DNA of 64,000 bases from Lama guanicoe (Eukaryota): NCBI GenBank assembly GCA_013239625.1, contig MU053873.1, positions 1,564,524 to 1,628,523 on the forward strand. Direction: 5' to 3'. Under the pieces are notes generated by a model. That model was given only the letters and a program-made list of their open reading frames with translations. It was not told the origin of the DNA and made no database searches. A program made the translations under genes and the position numbers. Positions within the stretch are counted from its first letter, which is position 1. The number at the start of each line of letters is the position of its first letter. Shown piece by piece: positions 26,581 to 39,345 of the stretch.

Positions 26581-26619
26581 AAGCAGAATTTTTAAAGAAG
26601 CCTTTGGCATAATTTGAAA

Positions 26620-26990
26620 AAATAAACTTGCATTTAAATGTTTCTTATGATTAAAAATTTAACACAAATATGAACCATGGCCTGGCAGCAGGAAATGAAG
26701 TGGATGTTTGGAGAACAACAAATATGCCAGGAGGTCTGGGTTGTAAGGAGGGAGATAATAGTGAAGACAGTTGGAATCATATTGTGAAAATCATTACTTG
26801 CCAAGCCTAGGGCTTGGATTAGTATGCATTGGGAAGTCATCAAAGGTTTTTAAGCAAAGGGATGGCATAATCAGAGCTATGCTTTAGGAAATTAATAGAG
26901 TAGTATGTGGAGGGGTTGGCTGGATGACCTGTTAAGAGGCTGTTAAAGCAAAGCAGGTGAGAGATAAAGAGACCAGAGTGGGAAAGGTCT
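26620..26990 (-). mobile_element. L2 fragment
   Basis: gcattgggaagtcatcaaaggtttttaagcaaagggatggcataatcaga...gctttaggaaatt is typical antisense L2. Confidence 0.75.
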
Positions 26991-26996
26991 AAAGAA

Positions 26997-27310
26997 CAGC
27001 AGCCTCAAAAAGCAGATGCCTAAAGGAGCCGGGCAGTACTGCAGATGAGCAGAATGTGCTTGCGTGTGGGGAGCAGGGGGTGGTCTGTGAGGAACTTGAA
27101 AATGCACACATGTGCTATCTGATGCGAATAGCCACCGTTCAGTTGGGGAGTTTTTCCTGTGTGAAGGAGGATATGGGTTTGTGTTGTCAATTCTGGGTTT
27201 TTTTGTTCTTAGGGAGGCTGAGAACCTGAATTTTTTATGTGAGTTTCCCTAATTAAAAACAAAAAACACTCTGTGAACCAAATAAAACATGTTTGCTGGC
27301 CACCATACAC
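26997..27310. mobile_element. MER45-like hAT-Tip100 relic
   Basis: gaggctgagaacctgaattttttatgtgagtttcc...aaaacactctgtgaaccaaataaaacatgtttgctggcc. Confidence 0.6.
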
Positions 27311-27409
27311 ATTAGACATACCTCAGTAGGACTTGCCCACCATTGGATCTAGGAAAAGAAGGAGGTTTAGATGAATCAAAGCAACTTCAGAGAAGGTTCC
27401 ATGTGCGAT

Positions 27410-27645
27410 ACATGAGGCAGCACCATATAGTGCAGCTCATTCTCAAGCTGGACCGACTGGGCTTGCATCCTAGCACTGAGATTCACTACTTGGATGGCCC
27501 TGGGCAAGTCAGTTTATCTCTCACCTGTGAAATGGGGATAACAGTATCTATCTCATAGGATTGTGTTGAAGATTAAATGTGTTAACACATGTAAAATGTT
27601 TAACCCAGTGCCTGACACTCAGATAGGAGGTGATAATTATTATTT
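27410..27645 (+). mobile_element. MIR
   Basis: tgggcaagtc...cacctgtgaaatggggataacagtatctatctcataggattgt...gattaaatg...cagtgcctgacac. Confidence 0.85.
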
Positions 27646-28389
27646 TAAGTAGTTACTGGAATGAACCCTGCAGTTAACGGAATAGGTTGTGGACACAGCT
27701 GTCTTGGGTGTGAATCTCTTGACACTTCTTAGCTGTATGACCACGGGTACATTACCTGACCTCTCTATACCTCATCAGGAATGGGGAATAACCATATTCC
27801 TAATTCCATTGCTTATAAAGGGCCTGGCACAACGGTTCAGTAGTGCCTAGATTTGTTGAATCCACTTGAAACGACTTATGCATCTTAATGAGAAAAGCAA
27901 AGCTTAGTGCTCCACCCAGTTAATTAACTGATTATTGAAGACTCTTCCCTCTTTTTTCCCTTTTAAAATTCTCTTTTTACCGTAGCTCTTCATCAGCAAG
28001 ACTCGGGGGCTGAGGTTACAGCTGAGCTTATGTCAGAAGTTACCCTCCCAGCTCTCCACTCCCTTAAGTTGGCCTCACTTTGATCCTTACTGCTGTGGCT
28101 GTGGTTCAGGCCCTGGTAACTTCTTCCAGACTTTGTCATGCAACTCCTAACCTACCTCCCTTGCCTCCAGTCCTGCCCCTGCCACGGTCCATTCTTTACT
28201 CTGCCCCAGTGATCTCTCTGTACTGCTACGCCAGAATGAATTAGTACTTTAGTTTTTGTTGTTGCTGTGGTTTTGCTTGCTTTTCTGTGTGCCACTCACT
28301 AACGTAAGACTTTATCACTGAACTAGAAAACTCCTTCCTAGAGGACCAAATGTATCAAATAATCTATTTTTAATCTATATATTTTTTTT

Positions 28390-30150
28390 TCCTAGAGAAC
28401 TCCTTGCAGGCCTTGGAGTCCTGCTCCAAACTTAACTAGCTGTTCTGTGGGCCCCTGCACTGCTGCCCTCCTCTGTGATTCTGAGAATCCTCTTTGCCTC
28501 TGTCTCGTAGTCTCTGTTTCTTTGATTGCCTCTTGGTTTATACCCGTATGTTGCTGGAGCATACCCTCATTACTTCCCTGAGAAAAGATGCTTGACAGGG
28601 AAAGTTTCTGAGACTTTGAATGTCTCAAAATTCTTTACTTCTGCCCTCAACCTTGACTGGTAATTGGACTAGGAATAGAATTCTAGGTTGGAATGCCGTT
28701 CTCCCAGAATTTTGATAGTATTTGACCCATGGTCTTTTAGCTTTCAACGGCTGTTGAGAAGCCAGATGATACTCTGATTGCTAATTATTTGTCTATTAGC
28801 ATATTTTTTCTCTCTCTGGAATATTTTGGGGTCTTTTCTTTATCCCTGTTCGTAGTGGACCTCCCCCTCCCCTTCTTTTTCATTGTCTAGATCTCATGTG
28901 TAAAATTTCTGGGAAATTTTCTTTAAAAATTGTTTTGGACAGTTTATTCCTGTCCTTTTTCTTTGTTCTGTACAGCCAGAGCTTCGTTAGTCAGATGTTA
29001 GGCTTCTCAGGTTGGTCCTCTAATTATATTATCTGTCCTTCTCCTTCTTTTCTGTTTCTTTGTTATTTGTTCAAATCCTACTTCCTGTGATGTAATTCTC
29101 TTCTCCAATTTGTTCTACTTCATATGCTATTTTCTGCTGTCATTTAAAACTTTGAAGGCTTCTCTCTGAATGTTCCTTTGTGTTCATGGCTGCAGTATGT
29201 TTTATGTCCCTGAAAACTATACTCTTTTGAAAGTTTTTTTTTTTACCCTTTCATTGTATCTCTTCTCTCTTAAGTTCTTTTTCTTCTGTTTGTTTGTTCA
29301 TGTTGGTTGCTGTCTTTTATGTCAGAGACTTCCTCAAGAGTCTTGTTTTCTTTGGCCGACTGCTTGTATTAGGAGTGAGGCACTGAGAACTGATTAGAGC
29401 CTCTTGTATGGTTGGGTGGGTCTTAGGCACAGAGAGGTTGCGGCGCGGGTTGAAAAGACAGAGTTTATTTTGTTTTGTTTTGTTTTGTTTTTTAATTTGG
29501 GGAATCCCCTGATGTTAGTATGTGCAATCTTTTCTTTGGGCCAGTTTTCCCAGAAACTTCCAGATTGCTGCTGCTGGAAGATATAGTTGTAACTGCCAGC
29601 TTAGTAGAAACTGAGAAGAGCAAAGGGGCCTGTAATGTGGAGAGGGGTGCCCAGGGAGGAGACTCTCTCTATTTAGAATGCAGACTTTTACTGACCTCCC
29701 TGTTTTTATTGTAGCATTTCACGTCTGTCTCTGTCTCTAAACATCTGCAGAAAGTAGGCTTCCATCGTTTGCCAGATTGGAGGAGCAGATCTAGGCTCTA
29801 ATTGCTTCTTGTGTAAGTTTATCTTCCAACCTCTTTCTCAGTTCTGCATCCTTCCCTTGGACTTCAGAAGCCTCAGTGCCTCAGTTCCTGCTTCTTCCCA
29901 GCATTCTGCAGCTGGACTTGGCGCCCCTCCTTGCAGGGAGTTCAGTTTCCGTTTTCTCTGTCCTACTAAATCAGTTACCATTCATCCATCTGCTTTCCAT
30001 CTTCCAGAACTTGGTGGATATCTCTCATCTGCTGGCCTCTTTCTCAGTCTTTCTGTTTTTATGGGCTTACAGCTTAAAAAAGAAAATTTCTTTCACTGTT
30101 GTTTTACTGGGATTTCTGACAGAAGCTGAGAGAAACTTGGGGGTTTCCAT
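28390..30150 (-). mobile_element. HAL1 (half-L1) remnant
   Basis: ttccctgagaaaagatgc...ttctgagactttgaatgtc...tagaattctaggttggaa...gctgttgagaagccagatg and sequence further along (aggagtgaggcactgaga) match recalled HAL1. Confidence 0.75.
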
Positions 30151-32529
30151 TTGTCCAAGTCACTTATAGGTCTATCATACCCACTTTTTTTTCCAGTCTG
30201 TCTCCTAGGATGTGAGTGACTCTGAGCAGATGCCTTGTCTTACGTGATTCTTTATTTTCCCAGGACCTAGGACATAGTAGCCTCTGAAATGTTTGTTGAA
30301 TGAATGAGTGAATAAATAAATTTTAAGTATTCTTTGTTAGTTTTGCAAAACATTCATTTTCTTGATGTTTCTGCAAGTAAAGTGCCTACATAGCCATTCT
30401 AGGTTCTGCCATTGTGGTGAGGCCAGTCTCCTTTGAAAGCAGCTGGTGTTCACAGCATGCTCGAGTTACTTAGAATTCCCAGTGGGCATTGTTATGCAGA
30501 GGATTTTATTAAGTATCCAATGATGAATAAGTCTCCCAGACTCTTATTACCAGCCCCCTGAAGCACATCCTTGATGCCCCAGCTGACTTAATCACATTGC
30601 TCTCAAGTACCCAACACATGCTTAACACACTACTCTGGTCTTGCCTCTGATGGCACCCATGAGAAGGGTGAAGACCACTATTTGTCTTGTTAGAGAGAAG
30701 ATGTTGGAAGAAGCATCCCAGGGGGAAATGTAACTCACTTGGGCACATCTGGATGCTGCTGTAAAAGACTGGCACATCCCTGACTGGAGCCTAAAGTGAG
30801 GTTGTGGAGAGCGGCCTCTGTCTTTTATCACTGGTTCAGCAACTTTAATTTTGTTACAGTAAAAATTAGGTTGAAAAGAAAAAAATCAAGGTTCCGTCTT
30901 TTTTGACAACCCATTGAATGCAGATCAAGGATTTATGTTTCTTTTAAATTAAATTCAAGTTGTCACACTTTCACATTTATGAAAAGTATTTCTAGTAGAT
31001 TAATGTTTTAGTACTGGTATTTTTTCACTTCTTTCCATTCTTTATTTTGCATCCCTTCTGTACATAAGAGGTTGGTCTTAACCCTTCCTCTCACTTAATG
31101 ACTCCCTCTATTCAGCATTTCTGCCTAGTATTCTTAGATTCCAGGCACATAAGTAAGCACGAATGAAGTCACTACCAGAAGAGTAATCTTAGAACTTGGG
31201 AAGCAAAACTTTATTTATCCTCCTGTTTTCTCCTTCATTTCCTCCCTCTTTCCTCTTCTTCTGGACTATAAGATTAGGTAAAAATAAGCTTTAGGTGTCA
31301 TCAGATACGATACACGTGCTTTAATATGGGGGCAATGTGCTGCTACTTTCTTGGGCAGAAGCCAGAGCAGGAAGAGACTGTTTTCCACCCCCGTCTGGAA
31401 GGGGGCATCAGCAGAAGTGTCATCACTCACCACTTCATCTTCTCCTTCCCACTGGTTTTTCTCTGTAACAGTGACCGAGTCATCACCTCCCCTTTCATAG
31501 TTTACTTCAAGCAAGGTAAACCAATCCATTCCTAATCCTAGATTTTTTCAGAAGGAGGCTTCTGAGGTTTCCATAAAATGACAGGACTTACAGCAGTCTC
31601 TATTTATGGTAGTAATACTTTGTATGGAACCTTCTGGAAATAGACCCTGCCATTCTAAAGTTGGGCTAATGCTTTCTTCCTGTTGATCTCCCAGCACACA
31701 TTCATTACTAAGTCGCATTTGAATGGTCCTGCCTGGATGCGTAGCCCAATACCACTGCTGAAAACTGCCTCTGTCCCTAAATGAAATAAACATAAACCTG
31801 AATCACAATCCATTTTTTGAATGTCTGTAATTACAGGCACTTGGGAGCAGCTCTCTGGGATTTTTTAGGCATGCCAGGCACATTAACCCGTCCTAGACTT
31901 GGCACATTTCTAAACTTTCCCTTCATATCTCGGCATTTATATGTAGTCCTGAGGATAGTATTCATCAAATAAAATGCATCTATTTTTAGACTCAAAGGTA
32001 AGTTGGCAAATTTGAAGACATCCAAAGATAGCTTTTATATCTAGCGGGTAGGAAGTAAAGCATTATAAGAGGCTCAAAAAAACAACAATGTAGGAGAATT
32101 GTTGCAGGTTTCTTCTTCCTTGGTCCTGATAAAATTCTGAGTCTGCATCCAGTTTGTGATACAGTTTGACAATTGCCATTTTTATTAAATATTACAAATT
32201 AGAAACAGCTGCCTGCTAAGCTATTCTAAGCACCTAATTGTGAACAGCAGTAATGACTAGTCCCTTTCAGAGCGAGCGTGCTTGCCTTTTCCCTTATTTT
32301 TTGTCTAGGATTTCTGGAGGAAGCAGTTCTGTATGATGTAATTTTGAGGTTTGCAGTCCGGTAGGCCTGGGTTTAAATCCCAGCCTTGTCATTTACTAAT
32401 TATTTTGACTTTGGACCAGTTGCTTAATGTTGTCTTTTCCTCTATACTTCTGCAAAATAAAGGGAAAACTTCCTGCCTCTGAGAGATCTGGTGGGGATTT
32501 GGAATAATGTAAATAAAGCACATGATATA

Positions 32530-32713
32530 TCATAATTTATTGACGTGAAAATGCACATTTTTCCTCATGTTAGTATCTCTGAAATCAAGATGATCTTTCA
32601 ATCAATAAGAAAGCATACTATCATTGTTTAATTATAACATTTTGGTCCCTTTATTTGTGGTACGTATTGTAAAGTGCTTCTTAAATTGATGGCAACTTTG
32701 ATGAAATATGGTA
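32530..32713. mobile_element. MER104-like Tc2 MITE inserted in a MIR (MIR ~32330-32750)
   Basis: aatgcacatttttc...atctctgaaatcaagatg...ttaaattgatggca...gatgaaatatggta. Confidence 0.7.
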
Positions 32714-33944
32714 TACCTGGCTCAGAGTGAATAGTAGTGATACTTTATTATGCTGATACTTTTTCTCCCTAAGAAACATTGTAATGGTTCTCAGAAAGAA
32801 TCTAAATTTTACCAAATTCCCTACACTCAAATTGGGGGTACTACCACTGTAATTATTCCTAGGAAAAATAGTATTATAACAAAAATAATAGTGGCTCCTG
32901 TTTAATCATTTCATGTCTCACGCGAACAATGCAAAGCTAAAAGGGAGACGATTTCATAAGACTTAGCAAGACTGTGACTGATTAGATAAGGAGCAGCAGG
33001 TAGAAGGAGGACAGACATGTGACTGTGGACCCCATATTCTGCAGCAGTAGGAAGGTTTTAGTGCATCAGGATTTTGCTTAAACACATCTAGAGGGAAAGA
33101 GGTATTGGTACTGCACATTCATTCTTGCCTTCTTACCTTGGAGGATGGAGTTTTCTTCTTCTACACCCTTGTGCAGACTAAAAGTCCCATGACTGTCAGA
33201 TTGGTTTGTTCTTCAGGTGGTTGCTGAGTACCTCCTAGTGCCAGGCGTTATGCTAGATTGAAGTTTCAGCTGTGAACAAGACAACTCTTAGCTTCTAGAA
33301 GGCCCAGGCTGGCCTGTCTCATGCTATGTTCTTCTTGCCTTCACCCATGTCTGTGTCTTTTCTTACTACTTTAAATAGAAAATATATGAATCATCTCTTT
33401 TTGCTTTAGAACATACTTCCTTTGAAACTTTAGTACATTTTGTAATACTCACTTTTATCCAAAACAAGCATGCCACTGGAAAACAAACTTAATAACTAAC
33501 AGGATGAAGAGTTTGATCACAGTTGTAATTAGAAATTTTATCTATCAGTGTAACTTATATTTAATGTCAGTTTGGATATTTTCATAAGCTAATATTTTAA
33601 AAAGTAATTTAGGATCTTAATTTAAAAAGTAGTTTTTCTTCAGTGAATGTATGGTGTTTCTTTTTTAGATATTGGTGTAATGTCTTCTTTCTTCAGGGAT
33701 TCACAAAAAGGAATGTTTATGTGCTTGCATACCTAAATAATTTATATGCCAAAGGAACAGTGACAAATGCCACACAAGGGAAATGACATTTTCAGGTTTT
33801 TTAATTAATGTAATGAGAGAGAGGAAGGAAGGCACTAGTTTAGTACATTTAAATTTTAAATAAATGTACATAACAGACTAAATGAATATAAATATATGAC
33901 TTTAAAATTACTTAATTTACTCAATTTTATTGATATTTAGCATC

Positions 33945-34170
33945 TATAATAACAGCTAGCAGTAATTGAATACTTGTTATGTATGCCAGGCACAATTCTA
34001 AGCTCTTTAAATGTACGCTTATAGCAGTCCCATGTGATAGATACCATTACTCCCACTTTATAGATAAGGAGACAAGGACAGAGAGTCAGTAACTTCCTTA
34101 AGGCAATATGACCATCAGAGACAAGATTCACACCTAGACAGTTCTATCGCTGAGTTGCTAAGTCCATTGC
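33945..34170 (-). mobile_element. MIR
   Basis: tatgtatgccaggcacaattctaagctcttta...cccactttatagataaggagacaagg. Confidence 0.85.
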
Positions 34171-37100
34171 TATTCAGGAGATAGAATCAGTAGCTGTTAG
34201 AAAAGTTACTTAATTTGAGTACACTGTTAAAGTTTGCCATTGAATTTGTCCACTAACTAGCTGGCTTGGATTTTAAAGACAAAAACAATATGTATTTAAA
34301 ATATATTACATTGAGAAGTTATATTGGTGAGTGGTTTTCAAACCTGCAGGGTGCCAGAGATTCTCTTAAGAGTGCTGGGGAGAAAAGCGCACCCTAGTCT
34401 AAGTAATCTAAACAACTACACTTTTAATTATGTAAATCACATGTATTTGTAATTTGGCTTAAACAAAGTTTGAAAACCGATGGAGTAGGTGATCTTTATA
34501 AGGCCTCTTCTAGCTCTAAAATCCTCTTTTCACTTGTTCTGAAATCTAAGTTTGGAATCTTCCAACAAGGATAGAAGTTGAATTTACCAGAATGAGTGGA
34601 AGTCCAGAGAGCTGAGACTGTGGGCCATTTATTCCTGAGCAGTTAGAAGCCATGAATTTCAGAAGATCTCAGCCTTAGGACCTGTTCTTTATAGTGGGAG
34701 GGCCATAATGGTATTCCGTCATGGATGGTAGCAGAAGCTCTCAGTTGTTTCTTAATTTCCTAACATCTTTCCAGGATCCTTAAGGATTCCTTTCCATCCA
34801 GTCTAAAGATCCCTTGTTTAAATTGTTACCTGCTTGTCCTTGCAAATAAGCTGTCCTTTTCTTGGGCTTTTTTCCTACCATGAAATGTTTCCTCTGCCTT
34901 TTGTGTGCATGCTTGCACACATATGTGTTTTCCATCTTTCTTCCTCTCCACATTTCTCCATTATATGCTGCTCAGCCAAAGCCAGGTTTTATGATTCAGT
35001 GTAAATACTGTCTTCAAAGAGTGATTGACTACATTCCAGCTCCCTACAGGACAATGTTTTATAGTCCACTAAAATCCAGGTTGGCTGGCAAGTGTGGAAT
35101 GGAATAGTTTTGATTGGACTAAAGCAGCATTATAGTAGAATGTGTCTCCTAACCCAGGTCAAATTATTGCATGAGAAATGTGAGTGAATTATGTCATAAA
35201 AAACTCATTTGAGACTAGGTCATCTGCCTGTCACTCCTCCCAAATAAAACTGAAGATATAGGTGAAACTGAGAGTGAAAAATAAGTTTTGAAAAATAATC
35301 TTGATTATTTCAAGTGAGTGAGGGAATTTACTCCCAATCAAATTCAGCTCCCTAACAGGACTACCAAGAGTTGTAGGAGTTTTACTTGATCATCATCTTG
35401 TGGTCAAAGAGCTATGTAAAATGGAATTCTTTGTAAAAATCTTTCTAGATGAATAGCATGTGGCTGCCATGTAAGGTGTTAAGACGTAAAGGAGGGAGAA
35501 TTCTTAAGTAACCTGGAAGAGCTGTTAGGGAGCAGCATTTCTTTCCTCAGACGTTCAGCACCCACCTCATCATTTGTAGTCCTTCACGAGAAAGTAGCAC
35601 TCTCTCTTGCATTGGTTGCAACTTGGCAGTTACAGCACATAGCACAGATGCCTGTTGTATTGCATCAAGTTTACATGGAGCATCAGGTTTTTAAAAAAAA
35701 TGAATTCATTATAAATTCTGGCAGTTTTTATGGTATAATTAAAATGTCTAACAGGATACCTCTGGGAAACTAAATGCAGTTTTACTATTTATAGAGCCAG
35801 CATAGGTAGTGTTTCTTGCCAACTTTCATATCTTATGACCTATAAATTGCTCTTAATAGCTAATCTGTCATCCCAGCTCCTCATACAAGAAAGCTTGTTT
35901 CCTTATTAATCTGTTAATTTGCATCTGCAAAGGACATTTATAAATTCTTGGTTTGAAAACATTGCTGTATTAATGCTGAGCATTATAAATAATTTATCAC
36001 CTGTGATAGCAACTCTTAGGCTTAGGTAGTAGATCTTTCTGACATTGTATTATTCTTCCAACCCTAATATAATTTTGATAAAAATAATTATTGTGAAAGT
36101 TCATCTGGCCCCATAGTATTACAAAAGGCTGACAGATTACTATGGAAAAGCTATAACTATCACTAACTGCTGTCTAAGCTCATAGTAATAGATTCAAACC
36201 AACTACTCCAACTATGGTATAGAAATATTGTAGAAAGAATTCAGATATACACAGATCACTCCCTTACCTTTTTAGTAACAACTGCAAAACATTCCTTCAA
36301 CTCTAAGTTTAGGAATTGAGGCAAGCTGGTTAAACTGATTATCATAAACATGACACTAGTTATTAAGTATGTGCAGCATGAAATGATTTAAGACTGCTAA
36401 AGATCATATAATTAAAAATTTCCCTGTTTATGTGGTATTTAAGTCTCTTCTTCAGGTGGTGACTGTGAGTTCACAAATCTTAGACATCCCATTTCAGGAA
36501 GCTTTCTCCCTACCAAGAGCCTTAATATTTAACTTTTTTATCTGTGTTTTGCTGATTTGTTTTTTCTCTATTTTAATCCAAGAAGGATTTGTGGGACCAA
36601 GAAACAAAATATTAAAGGGATGAAATCAGAGTAATGAGAGGATTAGGGTCATATCATAGGTTGACGCTACAGCAGAGTTTGTACAAATTATGGGATTCTT
36701 GCTGGCTGTTAAAAGGAGGCTCTGTAGTAAACCATAAGATTCCTGGTGACTCAAACAAAAATGTAAATTCGCCTACGTATAAGACTCATATTTTTCTTAG
36801 GATAAAACCATAACAGCTACTTGGTAAAAGCATTGAAATCTGATAGAAATGTTTCCGTTGGTCCTTATTAAGGTAACATCAGGTGATATCATGGGCAATG
36901 TCCTCAACAATATAGATTATAAGTTTCTTTGATTATTTTTACCCAGTTGGTCTTGTGTGACGATTGAGTAAGCAACTCTAGACATTCATGACTACCATTT
37001 AACTTTTTATACAGGATTAATTTATCAGTTCAGTTGTTGATTCGGGGTAGATTTTCAGGCTGGAGTACACTCATTAAGTAGGGAGTGTATGTCATTTAAG

Positions 37101-37462
37101 ACCGTGCAAGTGTATAGACCCCACAGAGCATGATTCAGTTTTCTGTTTCTACAGGTTTATATTTGGGTGAATATTGATTCTCTCTTAATAGACCTGCAAT
37201 TCGGGTAAATTAGTACCAGGTAGACCCTTATGTCTGGGTTAATACAGGTTTTGAAGGATTAGCTGTTTCTGTTTTTAGTACCTAATTCTCCTTAAATTCT
37301 ATAAAAATGCCTAAAATTTCATCCTCCAGAAACCCACGGTAATTGGTAAATGCCTAAAATTTAATCATCTTAAAAACATAGTAATTCAAATAGCTGAACC
37401 ACTGGGTAATATTAACTATAACTGTGGTGCCTGGGGCATGAAAATTATTAATTTATGCTCAG

Positions 37463-37832
37463 TATTGTTTTGGTCAGGTTAGGCCAGGTTATGCTGCAGT
37501 AATAATAAATTCCCAAATCTTAGTGGCTTAAAACAACAAAAGTTTATTTCTTATGCCCGCTGCATATTCATTACAGGTCTGCCAGGGCTCTGTTCCACAT
37601 TGCCATGTTTCTCACTTGAAGTTGAATTCTGATGGAGCAGTGTGGAGTAAAAAGAGAAAATGTGGTGAAGTATGCACTGGTTCTTAAAGCTTTACACGGA
37701 TGCGATCACATTTATTGGCCAGAGAAGACCATATAGCCACTCACACCTGACTTCATGCAGGCAGGGATGTGCAATTTTACTGCTTGGGAGCAGAGACGCC
37801 AGCATATTTGTGAATAGCCCTAAAGCCTACCT
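37463..37832 (-). mobile_element. MLT1 (MLT1I/J-like) solo LTR
   Basis: ggttatgctgcagtaataataaattcccaaatcttagtggcttaaaacaacaaaagtttatttctt. Confidence 0.8.
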
Positions 37833-38387
37833 TAAATATCACTAGTGCTTAAAATGTATCTTATTGTATTCTAATTAGCCGTTATTTTAGTTAAGCATTT
37901 TGTTGTTACTGCTGATCTCCCTTCTTTTCGTCTACTTCATGGAAATACACGAAAGTACGATTCTGATTATGTCAGTGTCAGTTCCCTGCTTACCTGTGAC
38001 TGTTATTTCTCCCTGAGTGGATTGTTAATTCTTCAATAGAGGCTAAACTTTGTGTTGTCAAATGAGCATGAGAGCTGGAGTCTGATGTCTGTGGATCTGA
38101 ACCCCAGTTTTGCCATGAGTTGTGTACTTTTAGGCATATCATTTTGTCTCTTTGAGTCTGGCGTTACAGATGGATACATGGAAAATGCTTTAGATTTTAC
38201 AAATTGATGGACAGAATTCCATCCAAACCTACCTTTCTAGATGCCACCATCCCCACTCCCATGTCTAACTGGCTTCTTGGTCTCTAATCATTACACACTC
38301 TGTCATACTTCACCCTTTTGCTCATGCTGTTTTCATTTCCTAGAATTACCTACTCCCCCAACAGAGAAATCTCCAATTTCTTACTAG

Positions 38388-39090
38388 TTTTTGAACAATA
38401 GACTTTATTTTCTTAGAGCTGTTTTAGATTTACAGGAAATTGAGCAGATACTACAGAGTTCCCGCATACCCTCTCTCTTCCCCACTCAGTTTCCCCTATT
38501 AATAACATCTTGTATTAGTGTAATACATTTGTTACAATTGACAAACTAATATTGATATATTATTATTAACTAAAGTTTATGGTTTACACCAGAGACTACT
38601 GTATATTCTTTGGTGAAGTGTCTGTTGAGTTCTTTTGCCCATTTTAAAATCAGGTTGGTTGCTTTCTTGTTGAGTCTTAGATTTTTTTGTGTGTGTATTT
38701 TGGATACAGGTCCTTTGTTAGACATGTATTTTGCAAATATCTTCTCCCAGACTGTAGCTTGTCTTCTCATTCTCTTAATGGTATCTTTTGCAGAGTGCAG
38801 GTTTAATTTTAATGAAGTCCAGCTTATCAGTTTTTTCCTTTCATGGGTCATGCCTTTGGTGTTACATCTAAAAACTTACTGCCCAGGCCCCCTAGAATTT
38901 CTCTTATCTTCTAGGAGTTTTATAGTTTTGCATTTTACATTTATGTTTATGATCCATTTCAAGTCAACTGGTATGAAAGGTGTAAAGTCTGAGTCTAGAT
39001 TCACTTTCTTTGCATGTGGATGTTCAGTTCTTCCAGCACCAATTGTTAAAAAAGACTATCCTTTCTCCATTGAATTATCTTTTTCTGATT
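38388..39090 (-). mobile_element. L1 (L1MC1/2-like 3' end fused to an ORF2 fragment; internally deleted)
   Basis: ttagagctgttttagatttacaggaaattgagcaga...cagagttccc 3' end; minus-strand remnant SAKDTIKRMRRQATVWEKIFAKY. Confidence 0.88.
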
Positions 39091-39124
39091 GAGTGTTGTC
39101 TTGGTTAGAGAAGGAAGAGAAATG

Positions 39125-39345
39125 AAAATCTAAAATTTTTGAGCATCTTCTGTGTGCAAGTACTGACCACAGGCTCTTTACAAGTTCTGTCTTATTTATT
39201 ACTCATCAAAGTGCTGTGATGTATTAATAGTCCCATTTACAGATGAGGAGACTGAGGTTCAGAGATGTTACATAACTTGCACAGCATCACAATTTGTCGT
39301 TTGGACTCAGGTATGCCTTGATTCCCAAGTCTGCTCTTCTTCTTC
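39125..39345 (-). mobile_element. MIR
   Basis: cccatttacagatgaggagactgaggttcagagatgttacataacttgc is the MIR core. Confidence 0.85.

Noticed and set aside
38610..39092. 160-aa hydrophobic ORF
   Set aside because: Antisense reading of L1 ORF2 sequence.
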